A stretch of DNA of 64,000 nt, taken from the NCBI GenBank assembly GCA_951406725.2, contig OX597818.1, positions 135,718,001 to 135,782,000 on the forward strand. Direction: 5' to 3'. This stretch comes from Octopus vulgaris. Taxonomy: Eukaryota. Under the pieces are notes generated by a model, which saw only the letters and a list, made by a program, of their open reading frames with translations, was not told where the DNA came from and made no database searches. Below, piece after piece: positions 37,267-50,342 of this stretch; within the stretch, counting starts at the first letter, position 1; every line of letters begins with the position of its first letter. The position numbers and the translations under genes were made by a program.

Positions 37267-39369
37267 TTAAAATAATTGAAAGAAACACAGAGCATCTCAA
37301 AATAAATACAGTAACAAAAGGGTTAAATAATGATGATGATGATGATGATGTATACAGTAGGTAGATGCAAAGATCTTGTTTTTACATACAATAATCTTTA
37401 TGAACTGGTTTCATAAGTGATGTACCCTCTTTAACTGTCTGCAGAGAAACTGCTTATAACCTCACTATATCTAAATTTTGGGACAGTCGTCCCAAGATTT
37501 CTAAATTAAGACATGCAGTCTTCATTTTAAAAGTTATACAATAAAGAGTATGTAGAAAATGATTTAGCTGCTACATTGGGTGGATCAAGTAATCATATAA
37601 TTTATTTCTGTTGGTACTTGGAATGATATAGGAAAGTATTGCTGGGTTTGGTGGTGAAATACAGAGGATGTAACTGGTGGCAGTTTTGGACAGGTATCAT
37701 AATTAGCTGGTATTGAGGAAATGTAGTGATGTACTTAAAGAAGGTAGAAAGATGTAAGGCAAAAGAAAAAGAAGTGATTATTGGACTCGTTAGTTAAATA
37801 TGGTGGATGAAGCAGGAATAATTGAAAGAAATTATAATCAGTCTCTTACAGGAGGTAGAGGTGGGATAACTGAACCAGGATGTATCTCATAACGCAGCCT
37901 CTTGATTGGATCAACTAGTGATAACCAATCAAACAAGTTTAATGGATTCATTAGACCAACTTATAACTGAATACTCTGTAGCCTTTATAGATTAATTGAT
38001 CTTTGTTGCTATGGTAACATCATCTGATCTTAATGAAATAAACTGTCATGAAAAAAAAAAAAAAACATGGCTTGTCATTGTTGTGAATATTTTCACAGGT
38101 GATAATGTGGAGAATTGGCAGAATTGTTAGAGCATCAGACAAAATCTGTTGCAATATTTAAATTTGGACCTTTATATTCTGGATTCAGATCTGCTGAGTT
38201 CAGTTTTGTCTCTCATCCTTCAAAGTACTAAGGTTGATCCAATTTATTGACATTGGTGGTTCCCAGACTTTTAGAAGAAAGATACTGTAATTTAGAACAA
38301 ACATTTTTTCAAGGCTGTTTGTGCTTTAAACACTTTTAATGCTAAACCCTGAGGCTGCTCCTGTTTCTATGTATGGTACAAGCTTCTTGTTTTAAAGTAA
38401 TCTAAATTAAAACCCTCCATCAAAATATCAAGCTAATTTATGTTCCAAACACAAGCTTAACTAAATTCTTCCTTATATTCAAAGTTAATTTGAAACAAAG
38501 GCAATGTATTTCATTAGAAATATGGTTATCAAAGGGGTTAAGGCTAGATAAGTGTTTAAACCCCAGTGGCTACAATATTCTGGTAAGGAGCAGCAGAGAT
38601 TCTGTGTGTTATTAGCTTTGAAAGACATAATAAAGAAAAAATTCCATACAGAAATCTTATTAATTAATGGAAAATGTGGCATGTTTGTTATCATATCAAT
38701 GCAAGAAAAGGCTGATAGAAAATAATCACACAATGTTTGTGACATCAGTATTCCCTCCTCTACCACCTTCTCTGCTTCCTTCTCCCCCTCATCATCATAT
38801 GATGAATCCCACCTCCTCACACCAGAATATGATACTATAAAATCAGTGGTGTACTTTTCCCCAGGAAAATTAAAAGCACATTTGATTTTGACAAGATTTG
38901 AACACAGAACACAGAACCAGAACAAATATTTGTTTGTAATTTAGGCACAAGGTTAGCAATTTTGAGAGGAGAGTTAGTTGAAAGCCTTGACCCCATTTAC
39001 TAATCTGGTGCTTTATTTCATCAACCCCTAAAGGATGAAAGGCAACACTGATCTTGGTGGGATTTGAACTTAGAACAGAAGAAATTTCACACAGAATTTT
39101 CCGCCCACACTCTAACAATTCTGCCATTCCATTGCCACTTAATATATAATTTATTGTATTTAAAGCAGTCATAAATTTTAAACTATGGCTACAATAAACA
39201 AATTACGTCACAGAATAAACATCCTTGTTGATATATATGTGTGTGGTTAATCAGTTGGATTACTGAGCCAGAAAATCAGATGTTATAAACTTCTTCCTTA
39301 AGAACATAACAACAAACATAGTGATGAATTTTCAGATGACAGGTACAGAAACTAAAGACTATACCTTTA

Positions 39370-39665
39370 CAGAGGACTGGCACTCCATGACTCCATCGCT
39401 TATAAAATTAACATGCTCATGAAATTAACTTGCTAGTGTCTGAGCACTCCAGACACATGTACCCTTAACGTAGTTCTCTGAGAGATTCAATGTGATGCAA
39501 GGTGTGACAAGGCTGGCCCTTTGAATTACTCATTTTTGCCAGCTGAGTGGACTGAGGCAATGTGAATTGAAATGTCTTGCTCAAGGATACAATGCATCAC
39601 TGGGAATTGAACTCTTGACCTTACAGTCATGAGCCAAATACCCTAACCATTTAGCCATGCACCTA
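39370..39665 (-). mobile_element. SINE family C (decayed)
   Basis: Similar to 63297-63680 and 62515-62825. Confidence 0.7.
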
Positions 39666-39765
39666 CACATACAGAGGACAATAGGATGTAAATATTTTCT
39701 ACAAGAATAAAGCACAACATATGGGGACAAAGATGACATCCAGAAAACATTTAAACTTAAACAAC

Positions 39766-40181
39766 ATGGAAGATGCTGATGCCTAACTGATACAGTTCAA
39801 AGCAAAAACTGAATGCGACAACATTGAAGATGTCAAAAAGAAGCCAATATTTGTTTCTACCTGTGGAGTTGAAGCCATAATGAAGTTAAAAGATGTTCTT
39901 TTGCTGGTAAGTCTTTAGAACACAATAAACAACAAATAATGAATCCGTTGCAACAACTAATAAAACTAAAAGAGAGACTGTTAATTATGGACAGATTAAA
40001 ATTATTGGAACTAAAGCAACTAGAAGATGAGTCAATCAATGACTTTCTTCTTAGGATTAATTCTCAAGCTTTCTTCTGTCTTTTGAATAGGTTGAAAGAA
40101 AATCCAGAAGAGGAAATTATGAAACTCATTTTCATTGCAGGATTGTCATCAGCAGAGATAAAGTAAAAAATTTTGGATCAG
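39766..40181 (+). pseudogene. Ty3/Gypsy gag (capsid) relic
   Basis: IFVSTCGVEAIMKLKD...RLKLLELKQLEDESINDFLLRINSQAFFC...EEIMKLIFIAGLSSAEIK*KIL matches the Gypsy gag QxxxESIxxF...C...FIxGL pattern. Stops are present and a foldback element cuts it. Confidence 0.7.
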
Positions 40182-41028
40182 GGATCTTTTCCTTTTGAAT
40201 GGCACTTTGTAACATAATTTCGAGGTAACTAAACACTTTTAAACTTCGGATACTGGTAGAATGTATTTATAAAACATCATTTTCTCTTGGCTTTATTCAG
40301 AAAATTCTATAGGTTGTAAGATATTTCGTCTTTAATTTCGAGCATTTCGGCAATTTTAACCAATCATTGACGTCCATTTAGGTAAATAACATTCTGTGCA
40401 TAATGAATATGTCCCTCCTTTAAGAAACAGATTGGGTTTATTTACATTTGTGAAGAAAAAAGATACCCTTCCCCAACCCCTAACCCTAACTAACCCTAAT
40501 TAACCCTAACTCTAACCCTAAATCTAAAATAGATCGAAATGCAACAGATTGATACTAGGGCCATAATTTTCATTTGACACCGCTAGAAAAAAATCCCATT
40601 TTCCGTAGCGGTGTCATATGAAATCGTCACCCATAATTACAACCCTAGTATCGATCTATTGCATTTCAATCTATTTTAGATTCAGGGTTAGTTAGGGTTA
40701 GGTTAGGGTTAGGGTTAGGGTTAGAGTTAGGGGTGGGTGAAGGGTATCTTTTTTCTTCACAAATGTAAATAAACCCAATCTGTTTCTTAAAGGAGGGACA
40801 TATTCATTATGCACAGAATGTTATTTACCTAAATGGACCCCAGCGATTGGTTAAAATTGCCGAAATGCTCGAAATTAAAGACGAAATATGTTACAACATA
40901 TAGAATTTTCTTAATAAAGCCAAGAAAAAAAGATGTTTTATAAACACATTCTACCAGTATCCGAAGTTTAAAAGTGTTTAGTTAACTAGAAATTATGTTA
41001 CAAAGTGCCGTTCAAAAGGAAAAGATCC
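40182..41028. mobile_element. Foldback element with TIRs of about 400 bp and internal telomere-type repeats
   Basis: Runs ggatcttttccttttgaa ... ttcaaaaggaaaagatcc. (CCCTAA)n near 40477-40520 and (TTAGGG)n near 40685-40735. Confidence 0.9.
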
Positions 41029-42550
41029 AAGTTTTTAGTCAAATTCAATACAATAATTAGGCTGTTGCCATAAATATATCTAGAAAGAAAGTCAAATTTT
41101 TAAAAGACCTTTGGCTATAATGATAATTATTAGTTGAAATTCAAATAAACTATTTTAATTTTATCCGTGAGTGAAGATATAGGAGGGAGTCCAAATAGGA
41201 AAGTTGACGTATTTCAGCAGGTGCAAGTTAAAAATAGTCCCTAATATCTGGAGAAATGTTGTAAACAGTAAGGTCAAATTAAGTTCAATTGAACAAAGAA
41301 CGTACTTAGAATATTTAAAGTATCACATATAATATATAGGTCACCTGAGGCGCCAGGTAAGCGTATTCTTGAGGACAAACTGGTGTCAAGTAGCCTAACA
41401 TCTGAAATTGTTATTGTTGTGGCTTTTTTTTAAAAGTTATTTTTAAAGAGAATTCATGGCCGATATTATTTGTTAATTTTTATTTCAATGTTTCCTTGTC
41501 GGGGTATTAAACTTTGTTATTTTCGATAAAAAAAAGAAAAGATGGTTTACGTTTAAAAAAATATAACGATATTTCACACTTATCATGACAATATGGCGGA
41601 CAGAGGAAACCAACCCGCGCCGATTGAATATGAAAGGAAGGTAGTAATTGTCACTGTACATGTATGGGGTAGGCATAGCTCGATACGGGTGTAGCATGGA
41701 CGCCACTCTGTTACTATTTACGTGTATTACAGCCAGTAGCTGTAACTTTGGTAGGGCCCCACCATTGATGTGACTAATTTATTTTCTTTCAACGGCCATC
41801 TTTGTGGTTGATTTTGGTGAAGCGGGAAGTGGATATTGTCACACCTATTTGTATTTCCCCGCCCTCTGCTTCGTTTTCTCCTACTCTTTCTCCCTACAGC
41901 TTCTCTCTCTCTTCTCAATACTTTCTCACCTTTCCCGCTCAAAAGGCGGACATACTCCTACGACACGTAACACCTCTCTTTCTCCCAGATCCTCACACTT
42001 TGCAATTATACTTTTCTTTCTCACTAGCTTTGGACACTAATCCTTTCCTTTGTTTCTTCTATACCCCTCCCCAACAATATGTATTACACTCTCTACTACC
42101 ACTCTCTTACAACTATAAATCTTCCTCTCATCACGAGTGCAAAATATGCACTCAGCTACATAACACACACACACAAACATGAAGGGATTCTTCCAGTTTC
42201 TATATATCAAATTTCCTCACAAAATATTGGTCAACCTGTAGCTAATGTAGAGGACATAAACAAATATAATCCACAGTGTGGGACTGAACCCCAAACCACA
42301 TGGCTTCGAAGTAAATTCATTAACTATACAGTTATGCCTGTACCTATAAAGAATAAAATTAATCTAGAGGGTTTAGATCAGTAAAGTAACCACACTGTAA
42401 ATCAGCTCTGCCAGATCTCTGCCAATCCCAATATCCTAACCTTCATCAATAGATTACCTGGCTTCAGTTTGGACATAAACTCACAAAAATCGTATCTATG
42501 CTGTGCTACTGAAAAAGGAAGAAATGGATTATTTGCTGTTAGTTCCATAG

Positions 42551-43325
42551 TTTTTACTCTTCTACTTGTTTCAGTCATTTGACTGCGGCCATGCTGGAGC
42601 ACCGCCTTTAATCGAGCAACTCGACCCCGGGACTTATTCTTTTGTAAGCCCAGTACTTATTCTATCGGTCTCTTTTGCCGAACCGCTTAGTGACGGGGAC
42701 GTACACACACCAGCATCGGTTGTCAAGCAATGCTAGGGGGACAAACACAGACACACAAACACACTCACACACATATATATATATACATATATATATATAC
42801 ATATATGGAAGGCGCATGGCTCAGTGGTTAGAGCGTCGAGCTTACGATCGTGAGGTTGTGAGCTCGAATCCCGGACCGGGCTGCGTGTTGTGTTCTTGAG
42901 CAAGACGCTTTATTTCACGTTGCTCCAGTTCACTCAGCTGTAGAAATGAGTTGCGACGTCACAGGTGCCAAGCTGTATCGACCTTTGTCTTTCCCTTGGA
43001 TAACACTGGTGGCGTGGAGAGGGGAGGCCGGTATGCATGGGCGACTACTGGTCTTCATAAAAACAACCTTGAGATATTTTCTTCAAACTTGGCATGAAGG
43101 AAGGAAATACTATTTGGTTGCCTCAGAGGGTAACTCTCTAGGTGCAAACCCATATACATATACGACGGGCTTCTTTCAGTTTCCGTCTACCAAATCCACT
43201 CACAAGGCTTTGGTCGGCCCGAGGCTATAGTAGAAAACACTTGCCCAAGGTGCCACCAAGTGACCTGAACCCGGAACCATGTGGTTGGTAAACAAGCTAC
43301 TTACCACACAGCCACTCCTGCGCCT
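42551..43325 (-). mobile_element. SINE family A with a family C SINE nested in its (TA)n
   Basis: Tail at 42551-42805 and head at 43155-43325. Confidence 0.85.
42807..43150 (+). mobile_element. tRNA-derived SINE (young, CpG-intact head)
   Basis: ggcgcatggctcagtggttagagcg...gagctcgaatcccgg carries A and B boxes, then gttcttgagcaagac. Confidence 0.85.
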
Positions 43326-43436
43326 ATTGATTGAATTTCCAACAATGAACATTAAAGAATAGTAATAAATTTCTAATATTTCTAATAGGTTTGGGGATAC
43401 AAGCATGAAAATAGAACTCAAAGCATGAGTAAATAT

Positions 43437-44160
43437 ATCATCATCATTATCCTTTAGCGTCTGCTGTCCATGCTGGCATGGGTTGGAAAGTTTGACCAGG
43501 GCTAAAAAGCTGAGGGTCTGCACCAGACCCTAGTCTGATTTGGCATGGTTTCTATGGCTGGATGCCCTTCCTAACGCCAACCACTTCGAGAGTGTCATGG
43601 GTATTTTTACGTGCCACTGACACAGGTGTCAGTTTGCATGACACCGATATCTGTCACAACTACAATTTTGCTCGGCTTGATGGGTCTTCTCCTCAAGTGC
43701 ATCATATTGTCAAAGGTCCTGGTCATTTGTCATTGCCTCTGTGAGGCCCAGTGCTTGGGAGGTACTTTTTACATGCCACTGGCATGGGTGCTAATTACAC
43801 GACACCAGCATTGGCCACATTGTCTCCGTAAGGCCCAACACTCAAAAGGTGCTTTTTTATGTGCCACTGGCAAGGGTACCAGTTACGTGACACCGGCAAC
43901 AACCACAGCTATGATTTCACTTGGTTTGACAGGTCTTTTCAAGCATGTCATATCATCAAAAGTCTTGGTCACTAGTCATTGCCTCTGTGAGACCCAGCGT
44001 TCAAAGATCATGCTTCACCATCTCACCCCATGTCTTCCTGGGGTCCCTCTTTCACAGCTTCCTTTAATTGGTGGAGAATGGTACTTCTTCACACAACTGT
44101 CCACATCCATATGTATCACATCACCATACTAATGCAGTCGTCTCTCTTGTACACCACAAG
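43437..44160 (-). mobile_element. 5'-truncated RTE LINE (ORF end and 3' UTR)
   Basis: The minus strand encodes VQERRLH...CVKKYH...RGTPRKTW, followed by the UTR and (GAT)n. Confidence 0.8.
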
Positions 44161-44214
44161 AGAGACACTGCATTGTGTGTTCATATATATATATATTTAT
44201 AAATAAGGATAATA

Positions 44215-44669
44215 TCGATATTATCAAGTGGCCAGCATGGGAATAAATACAATACAAAGGTAATAATTTTTCACAACTATAAATAAGAGTATCTGGGAAC
44301 GTTCATTTGTACGGGCAAGTACATCAGCTGTTGCGATTGATACTACGCGTACACAAGAAAAATGCACGTGCAGTTTGCGCAAAAAAAAGCCGCCTGGCTT
44401 GAAATAATGCCACAAAAAGCAGAATATTTAAGATACCAAAAAAGTATGATGCAAAAGAGATATTTTCTTCAAACTTGGCATGAAGGAAGGAAAGACTATT
44501 TGGTTTCTCAAGAAGTTTTTATTTTGCCTTAACTTTGTTTAACAAAACCAAAATATTGAAATAAAGGCATGCTTAATTATTTTTTAATGAAAAGAAAACA
44601 CTGATTGCTTTTTATTCAGCAGATATGATTCAGCACCGTCCATTGGACGGCGGGGAGGGCGTTTTGCTC

Positions 44670-44670
<1 letters not shown>
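44215..44670 (+). mobile_element. Possible non-autonomous Helitron 3' portion
   Basis: GC hairpin ccgtcc-att-ggacgg near the end and terminus gctcg|t, inserted between (TA)n tracts. Confidence 0.4.
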
Positions 44671-44706
<36 letters not shown>

Positions 44707-44710
<4 letters not shown>

Positions 44711-45220
44711 TGTGTTCTATCGCACCTAGCTGGTATGTAATTGTACATTTGTTTCCATGTATTGTAATGTGTATTGTGTGTAAAAAACATCCTGATGAGG
44801 GAGTGTCAGTTTTGAATATATGAAATGTTTCATATTAATTGGCGCGTCTCCGAAACGGCCCGTAGATGAACAATTTAGTAATTTTTGCATTTTTATTTTT
44901 TTCTGTATTATTTCTGCAATTTTAATACGTCATTTTAATACGTCCTTTATATGTTTTATTATCCCAAATTTTTAGTTTACCAAATGTTTTGTGATTTTAA
45001 GCATAAATTCACTGTGTTTTGTATGCAACACTGATTCTTATATATTTATATATATTATATAATGTTTATATATTTATATATATTATTATATTTTTAAACG
45101 TCATATTTTATATCTGTTCTATAGATATAAATGAATATATGAATGTATTTGATCTTTCTGTGTGGATTTTAGTAATGTTCCTTTAGTTACTGCTGGTATT
45201 GCCTCTGCTTAGATTAAGAA

Positions 45221-45221
<1 letters not shown>
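44707..45221 (+). mobile_element. PLE pLTR-like non-coding element with hammerhead ribozyme, inserted in (TA)n
   Basis: (TA)n on both sides, T-rich body and a canonical HHR. Confidence 0.7.
44788..44868 (+). ncRNA. Type I hammerhead ribozyme, canonical core
   Basis: Reads catc CTGATGA [long stem II 44799-44851] GAA ACGgccCGT A^ gatg. The triplet is GUA, with cleavage after 44864. Confidence 0.85.
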
Positions 45222-45254
<33 letters not shown>

Positions 45255-45342
45255 GGCAGAAGTTACAGAGTGACTAAAGAGCTAAGAGTTGAATGCATTG
45301 GCATTTATCAAACTGGTTTCATATGAGGGAGATGATATAAAA

Positions 45343-46040
45343 TCATCATCGTTTAACGTCCGCTTTCCATGCTAGTATGTGTTGGACGATTTTGACTAAG
45401 GGCTGGCGAACCAGATGGCTCTACCAGGCTCCAATCTTGATCTGGCAGAGTTTCTACAGCTGGATGCCCTTCCTAACGCCAACCACTCCGAGAGTGTAGT
45501 GGGTGCTTTTTACGTGCCACCGGCACGGGGTCAGGGCAGTACTGGCAATGACCTCGCTCGAATCTTTTTACACGTGCCACCGGCACAGGTGCCAGTGAAG
45601 CGACGTTGGTAACGATCACGCTCAAATGGTGCCCTTTTACGTGCCATGGGTCCGGAAGCCAGTTGGCTGCTCTGGCAACGATCACACTCGGATGGTGCTC
45701 TTGGCACCCTACTAGCACAGGCATAAGTGCCAGTAAGGCGACGCTGGTAACGATCATACTTGAATAGCCGCTCTGTCAATGATCACACTCGTATGGTGCT
45801 CTTTGCATCCTGCTAGCACAGATGCCAGTCATCGAAGTGAATTTGATTTTGATTTCACTTGCCTCGACAGGTCTTCGCAAGCAGAGTTTAGTGATCAAAG
45901 AAGGAAAAGGTACGCATAAGCGGGCTGGTTACGCTCCTGGCATAGGCCACAGGTTATCGTCTCATTTGGCTTGTCGGGTCTTCTTGAGCACAGCATATTT
46001 TCTCATTTGGCTTGCCGGGTCTTCTCGAGCACAGCATAAA
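45343..46040 (-). mobile_element. RTE LINE 3'-end copy
   Basis: (CAT)n, UTR and about 5 diverged tandem units. Confidence 0.8.
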
Positions 46041-46414
46041 TATATTTCTCACTTGATGGTTCTAGAAAAAATTGAATTACAAGGCCATGTGGATAATGTC
46101 TATTTTTTTTCAAATAGATTCTTAAGCAGTTCAATAAACGAATAAATAAATATTAATTAAAATATATATTTGCTTTCAGCTAATTTTTGTTCAAAACACT
46201 TTGCATCATTCATGAAAAAAAGAGACATTTGGAATAAAAGAATGATTCAAGATTGGGAGGGAGAAACTGAGGTCAATAAACAAGTTAATTTATTTATAAA
46301 TTAGTTTTTAGTCATGTACTCAGTTTAACTGTGACATGGTAGTAATATCACCACAGTATAACCATTAATATTGGCATTTATCAAACTGGTTTCATATGAG
46401 GGAGATGATATAAA

Positions 46415-46720
46415 ATCATCATCGTTTAACGTCTGTTTTCCATGCTAGTATGGGTTGGACGATTTTGACTAAGGGCTGGCGAACCAGATGGCTGCACCAG
46501 GCTCCAATCTTGATCTGGCAGAGTTTCTACAGCTGGATGCCCTTCCTAACGCCAACCACTCCATGAGTGTAGTGGTTGCTTTTTACGTGCCACCTGCACT
46601 GGTGCCAGGCAAAGCTGGCATCGACCACGGTCGGATTGGTGCATTTTACGTGCCACCCGCACGGAAGCCAGTCGAGGCGGCACTGGCTTCGGCCACGATT
46701 GGCACTGGCTTTGGCCCATA
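46415..46720 (-). mobile_element. RTE LINE 3'-end copy (shares flank with the 45343 copy)
   Basis: Has the same upstream unique sequence as 45297-45342. Confidence 0.8.
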
Positions 46721-46737
46721 TGTAAATGCTTGCTTAA

Positions 46738-46954
46738 ACCTTTAACATTTAGATTCTGTCAAATGTATTGTTTATTTATTCACATTGCTTTGAATTAATC
46801 ATACAGTATCTCATAGCTTTGAGATTTCGATTATGGGATTGTTTACTTTCCATACGACATTGTCAGATAGGAGTAAGAGACAAGATATAGCCAGTTTGAG
46901 CATTAAAGAAATAGAATATTTTGGCCGGATATGGCTGGTTTAAATGCTAATGGG
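46738..46954. mobile_element. TTAA MITE family 1
   Basis: TTAA flanks and the ggccggatatggc motif. Confidence 0.75.
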
Positions 46955-47139
46955 TTAAACACTTGCTGCAAGAGGTACCCATATTTGTCACATCAGTACA
47001 AAAGTGTGTAAGCCCCTGACAAGGCAGAAAAACACATCTATGCTGCTTTAAGAGGACAATCAAGTATTGACATTGCTTGAAATTGAGTTGCAGCCATCAT
47101 GCATACATGCATGCATCTATCTATCGACGTGTTGTCGCA

Positions 47140-48300
47140 TCAGCTCCGCAGGTAATAGCTTTTTTCGACCTTTTATTGCACATATTTTGTTTTAATTCTT
47201 GCACACAAGGTATGTGAAGTACCCAATTTTTGTTTGAGTGCATTTTCAAGGGAGGAATTGGTCCCCTGGGGCTGTGCTGTTTCAACCCTATTTAAATTTC
47301 TATTTTTCTTCTCGGCTTTGAAAAATGACGAGAAATTTCATAGTGGAAAGCTGGTCAAATTCGTTCATGGACCAGTATTTTCCTACCCTTGAAATGCTAG
47401 GAGAAAAAAAGAATAACTGTACGCACACACACTTGAATACAATTACAAACATGAAAAATACAAATAAATCAAAGGCAGATCTGAGAGACACAGTGAATGC
47501 TTCAACGTCATTGATACTGCAACCACAATCATTAACTGCCCTATCACCACCACCACCAACAACAACAACAGCAAAATTATCACAAAGCCGTCCACCGTGA
47601 CCTTCACCAAGGACAGTACCACCAACACCAACACCACAACTACAATTTCAACTACTACAACTAACACTTCTACTACCTCTACTATCACCACCACCACCAC
47701 ACCAAGAACAAAACAAATTTCGCTGAAGCGATAAAATAAAAGAGAACAATTGTCAAATTCACTGCCCAACAAATAAAAGACACAAAAGCTCTTTTTAGTA
47801 AAGAAAGAGATAACTTACAGCTACACATTCCAAAAACCATGTTAGAAAACACACAGAAAAAAAACAATCATAAAATTATAAACAAAAAAACAAGAAGACC
47901 AGAAAATGCACCACAACAGAAAATTGAAAAATGCCTTTGCCCTGTTTGGCCCCAAGGAATACATAAACTGGTGGCACAAATACGGCACTCTACTGATTTC
48001 AGGACAAAAAACTGACCAAACTGTCCTCAACACTGACTCTCCACACTGATGAGTTAGTGATGATACTGACTTATCTAGGCCAGAGAGGGACAAAGGTTAC
48101 AATAACAAATGTGCCTCTTGAAGTAGAGACACAATCGGTATTATCAGCCATATGTTTTGAAATGGAGGAAACCAACATCCTGGAAATTGCTGTTTTAAAA
48201 CAACAAAACTGGGTTGACAAAACACTTGAAATACTGACCAACCATCTATAAACAAAATTCCAACCATAATCCTTGCATGAAACCAATTGGTAAGATCAGC
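47140..48300 (+). pseudogene. Probable 5' part (UTR and ORF1 relic) of an L1/Tx1-like LINE
   Basis: CpG-containing leader, A-rich Thr-repeat region and broken ORF segments KLKNAFALFGPKEYINWWHKYG and TYLGQRGTKVTITNVPLEVE (RRM-like ORF1 pattern). Confidence 0.5.
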
Positions 48301-48344
48301 CATGATGGATATATGATACTGTACATTTTGGATAATATATATAC

Positions 48345-48747
48345 TTTTATTCTTTTATTTGTTTCAGTCATTTGACTGCAGCCATGCTGGAGCACTGCTT
48401 TTAGTAAAAAAAATTGACTCCAGGACTTATTCTTTGTAAGCCTGGTACTTATTCTATTGGTCTCTTTTGTTGAACCACTAAGTTATGGGGATGTAAACAC
48501 ACCAACATCAGTGGTTAAGTGATGGTGAGGGGGACAAACACAGACACACACACACACACACACACAAATACACACATGCATACGATGGGCTTCTTTCAGT
48601 TTCCATCTACCAAATCTACTCACAAAGCTTTGGTCAGCCTGAGGCTATAGTAGAAGACATTTGGCCAAGGTACTCTGCAGTGGGACTGAACCCAGAACCA
48701 TGTGGTTGGGAAGCAAGCTTCTTGCCACACAGCCGCTCCTGCACCTA
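48345..48747 (-). mobile_element. SINE family A (older copy)
   Basis: Reverse complement match. Confidence 0.85.
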
Positions 48748-49013
48748 TTATATAATTGAAGAAATACCATAACTCTGTGTGTATGTGTGTGTGTGTGTGT
48801 GTAGAATTTTTGTATGTATACATGAAGTATATTGAATATAATATCTCATCATCAATATTAATATTAATATTTCAGTGATATTTGTGCCAAGTTGTCACAG
48901 TTGAACTGATTTATTTAATAAACAAATTTGCTTATTGACCTTAGTTTCCTCCTTCCAATCTTGGACCATTCTCTCACTCCAGATGTCAATTCTTTCTTGA
49001 ATAATTATTTTAA

Positions 49014-49668
<655 letters not shown>

Positions 49669-50075
49669 TTAACCAGGAATTAGCTGACAGCAAAAATATA
49701 ATTATTATGAATGTATAGATTTACTGCTATTCTTTTATGTTCATTGTTGGAAATTCATCAAAACTGTAGAACCAACTAATAGCAGGGAATCCACTTCCCC
49801 CTTCTTCAGCAGCATTCACAGCCTGGCTATTAAAATTTTTGAGTTATACCCAAACTGAAGCCAGATAATGAATTGATGAATGTCAGGACATTGGGATTGG
49901 TGCAGATAGAAGAGATCTGGCCTAATTGATTGATAGTATGGTTACTTTACTGGTCTTGGTTTAAATCTTCTCCAGATAAACTTTATACTTCAAAGGTACA
50001 GGTATGCCTGTATAGTGAATGAGTTTACTTAAGGATTAAGTGGTTTGCGTTTCAATCCCGTTGTATGGATGGTAT

Positions 50076-50156
50076 TGGTTTGTGCCCTCTACAATAGCTA
50101 CAGGTTAGTCAATACTTTGTGAGTGAAATTTGGTATATAGAAACTGGAAGAATCCC

Positions 50157-50198
<42 letters not shown>

Positions 50199-50342
50199 TG
50201 TGTGTGTTTGTGTGTGTGTGTGTGTGGTTTGTGCTCTCTACAATAGCTACAGGTTAGTCAATACTTTGTGAGTGAAATTTGATATATAGAAACTGGAAGA
50301 ATCCCTTTGTGTGTGTGTGTGTGTGTGTTTGTGTGTGTGTGT
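50076..50342. repeat. Tandem duplication of a SINE segment plus (GT)n
   Basis: tggtttgtgc.ctctacaatagctac...gaatcccttt(gt)n occurs twice. Confidence 0.85.

Noticed and set aside
40685-40735. True telomere or chromosome fusion site
   Set aside because: Short degenerate tracts placed symmetrically within the arms of a foldback element.
42810-42882. tRNA gene
   Set aside because: The A and B boxes run straight into a SINE body, with no proper acceptor stem or terminator. The same applies to 63605-63680.
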